Part shown: positions 63,485 to 64,000 of the stretch, in pieces | Position numbering within the stretch: position 1 is the first letter of the stretch | Layout: each line of letters opens with the position of its first letter | Origin: a virus | Direction: 5' to 3' (one strand) | Virus record (IMG/VR): IMGVR_UViG_3300027782_000058 | Location: 1-64,000 of that record | DNA length: 64,000 bases | Notes under the pieces: generated by a model | Database searches by the model: none | What the model saw: the letters and a program-made list of their open reading frames with translations, nothing else | Told to the model about the DNA's origin: nothing | Position numbers and translations under genes: made by a program

Positions 63485-63906
63485 ACATCTGGCCCTACAT
63501 CAACGGTAGGGCACTGATGCACGGGCTCCAACTCAGCGGTATGGAGTGCTCAGACATGCTTGATGTACTTCATTATATGTTTGAGGAAGATCTACAAGCA
63601 GAGTCTTCTGAGCATGCCGAGGCGAAGAGTCAACTCAGAACTACTTTGTACGATACTATGTATGATAGAAGATACAAGTATGCGCTACAATAGAATGGAA
63701 GCAGTACTGGATCGTTTGACTTCGATACAGATGATGGGTTCGTCAACAATTCAGAATCTGGAGTAATACCGTTTGATCCCACAAAACACTTAGAAGCGAC
63801 AGCCAAGCCGGAAACGACAAAACCGAAGCGTTACGTCCCGCCAACAGACTTCAACTCGGACATGACGCTTCCATTCGGCAAAATCCTAGATTCTCCTATG
63901 AACTAG
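63418..63906 (+). CDS. Second tail-assembly-chaperone segment (-1 frame) interrupted by an in-frame TAG at 63691
   Basis: ORF 63418-63693 continues for 70 sense codons after the TAG, to the TAG at 63904-63906. Confidence 0.55.
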
Positions 63907-63946
63907 AATAATAGGCTGGAGGTTAATAGGCTGGAGGTGGTGGCGC

Positions 63947-64000
63947 GTGGCTGTAGTTGGCGAAGCACATATTATCGTTCGCGCCATTACTACGGGTGTC
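63947..64000 (+). CDS. Tape measure protein, N-terminus (truncated by window end)
   Basis: GGAGGT RBS; MAVVGEAHIIVRAITTGV; follows the chaperones. Confidence 0.7.
   Translation, partial: MAVVGEAHIIVRAITTGV

Overview
A 64-kb segment of a large, high-GC tailed phage (siphovirus-like) that most likely infects Actinobacteria, as judged from WhiB, a DUF732-like lipoprotein and actinophage-type lysin, portal and capsid genes. All domain calls are by eye and need HMM confirmation. The window has four parts. (1) 1-5.2 kb: WhiB, amidase endolysin, holin, a probable small terminase and a lipoprotein. (2) About 5.3-35 kb: an early/host-takeover region of dozens of small genes in self-contained units (TTGACA promoter, 5' hairpin, CTAGGGAG ribosome-binding site, ORF, terminator, GAAAAAATCTTT spacer). 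It also holds a glycosyltransferase, a GP88-like protein, a MoxR AAA+/VWA pair, an HDAC-family deacetylase and a proteasome-beta/HslV-like protease. (3) 35.2-35.8 kb: a repeat-rich non-coding junction (origin, pac or terminus candidate). (4) 37-64 kb: virion genes, namely portal, a 3121-aa protein with DEDDh exonuclease and GNAT-like domains, Dps, a 1498-aa protease polyprotein, major capsid, tail genes and the tape-measure start. There are three main candidate systems. First, the exact complement of the shared early RBS (CUCCCUA/G) is displayed in hairpins of ORF-less units and 3' UTRs, suggesting RNA-based coordinated control of early translation. Second, a dispersed GAAAAAATCTTT element sits between cassettes. 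Third, a recurrent [LIVM][VTILM]A[AS][GA]-like motif punctuates most head-cluster proteins, including Dps, suggesting a protease cleavage or cargo-loading code.
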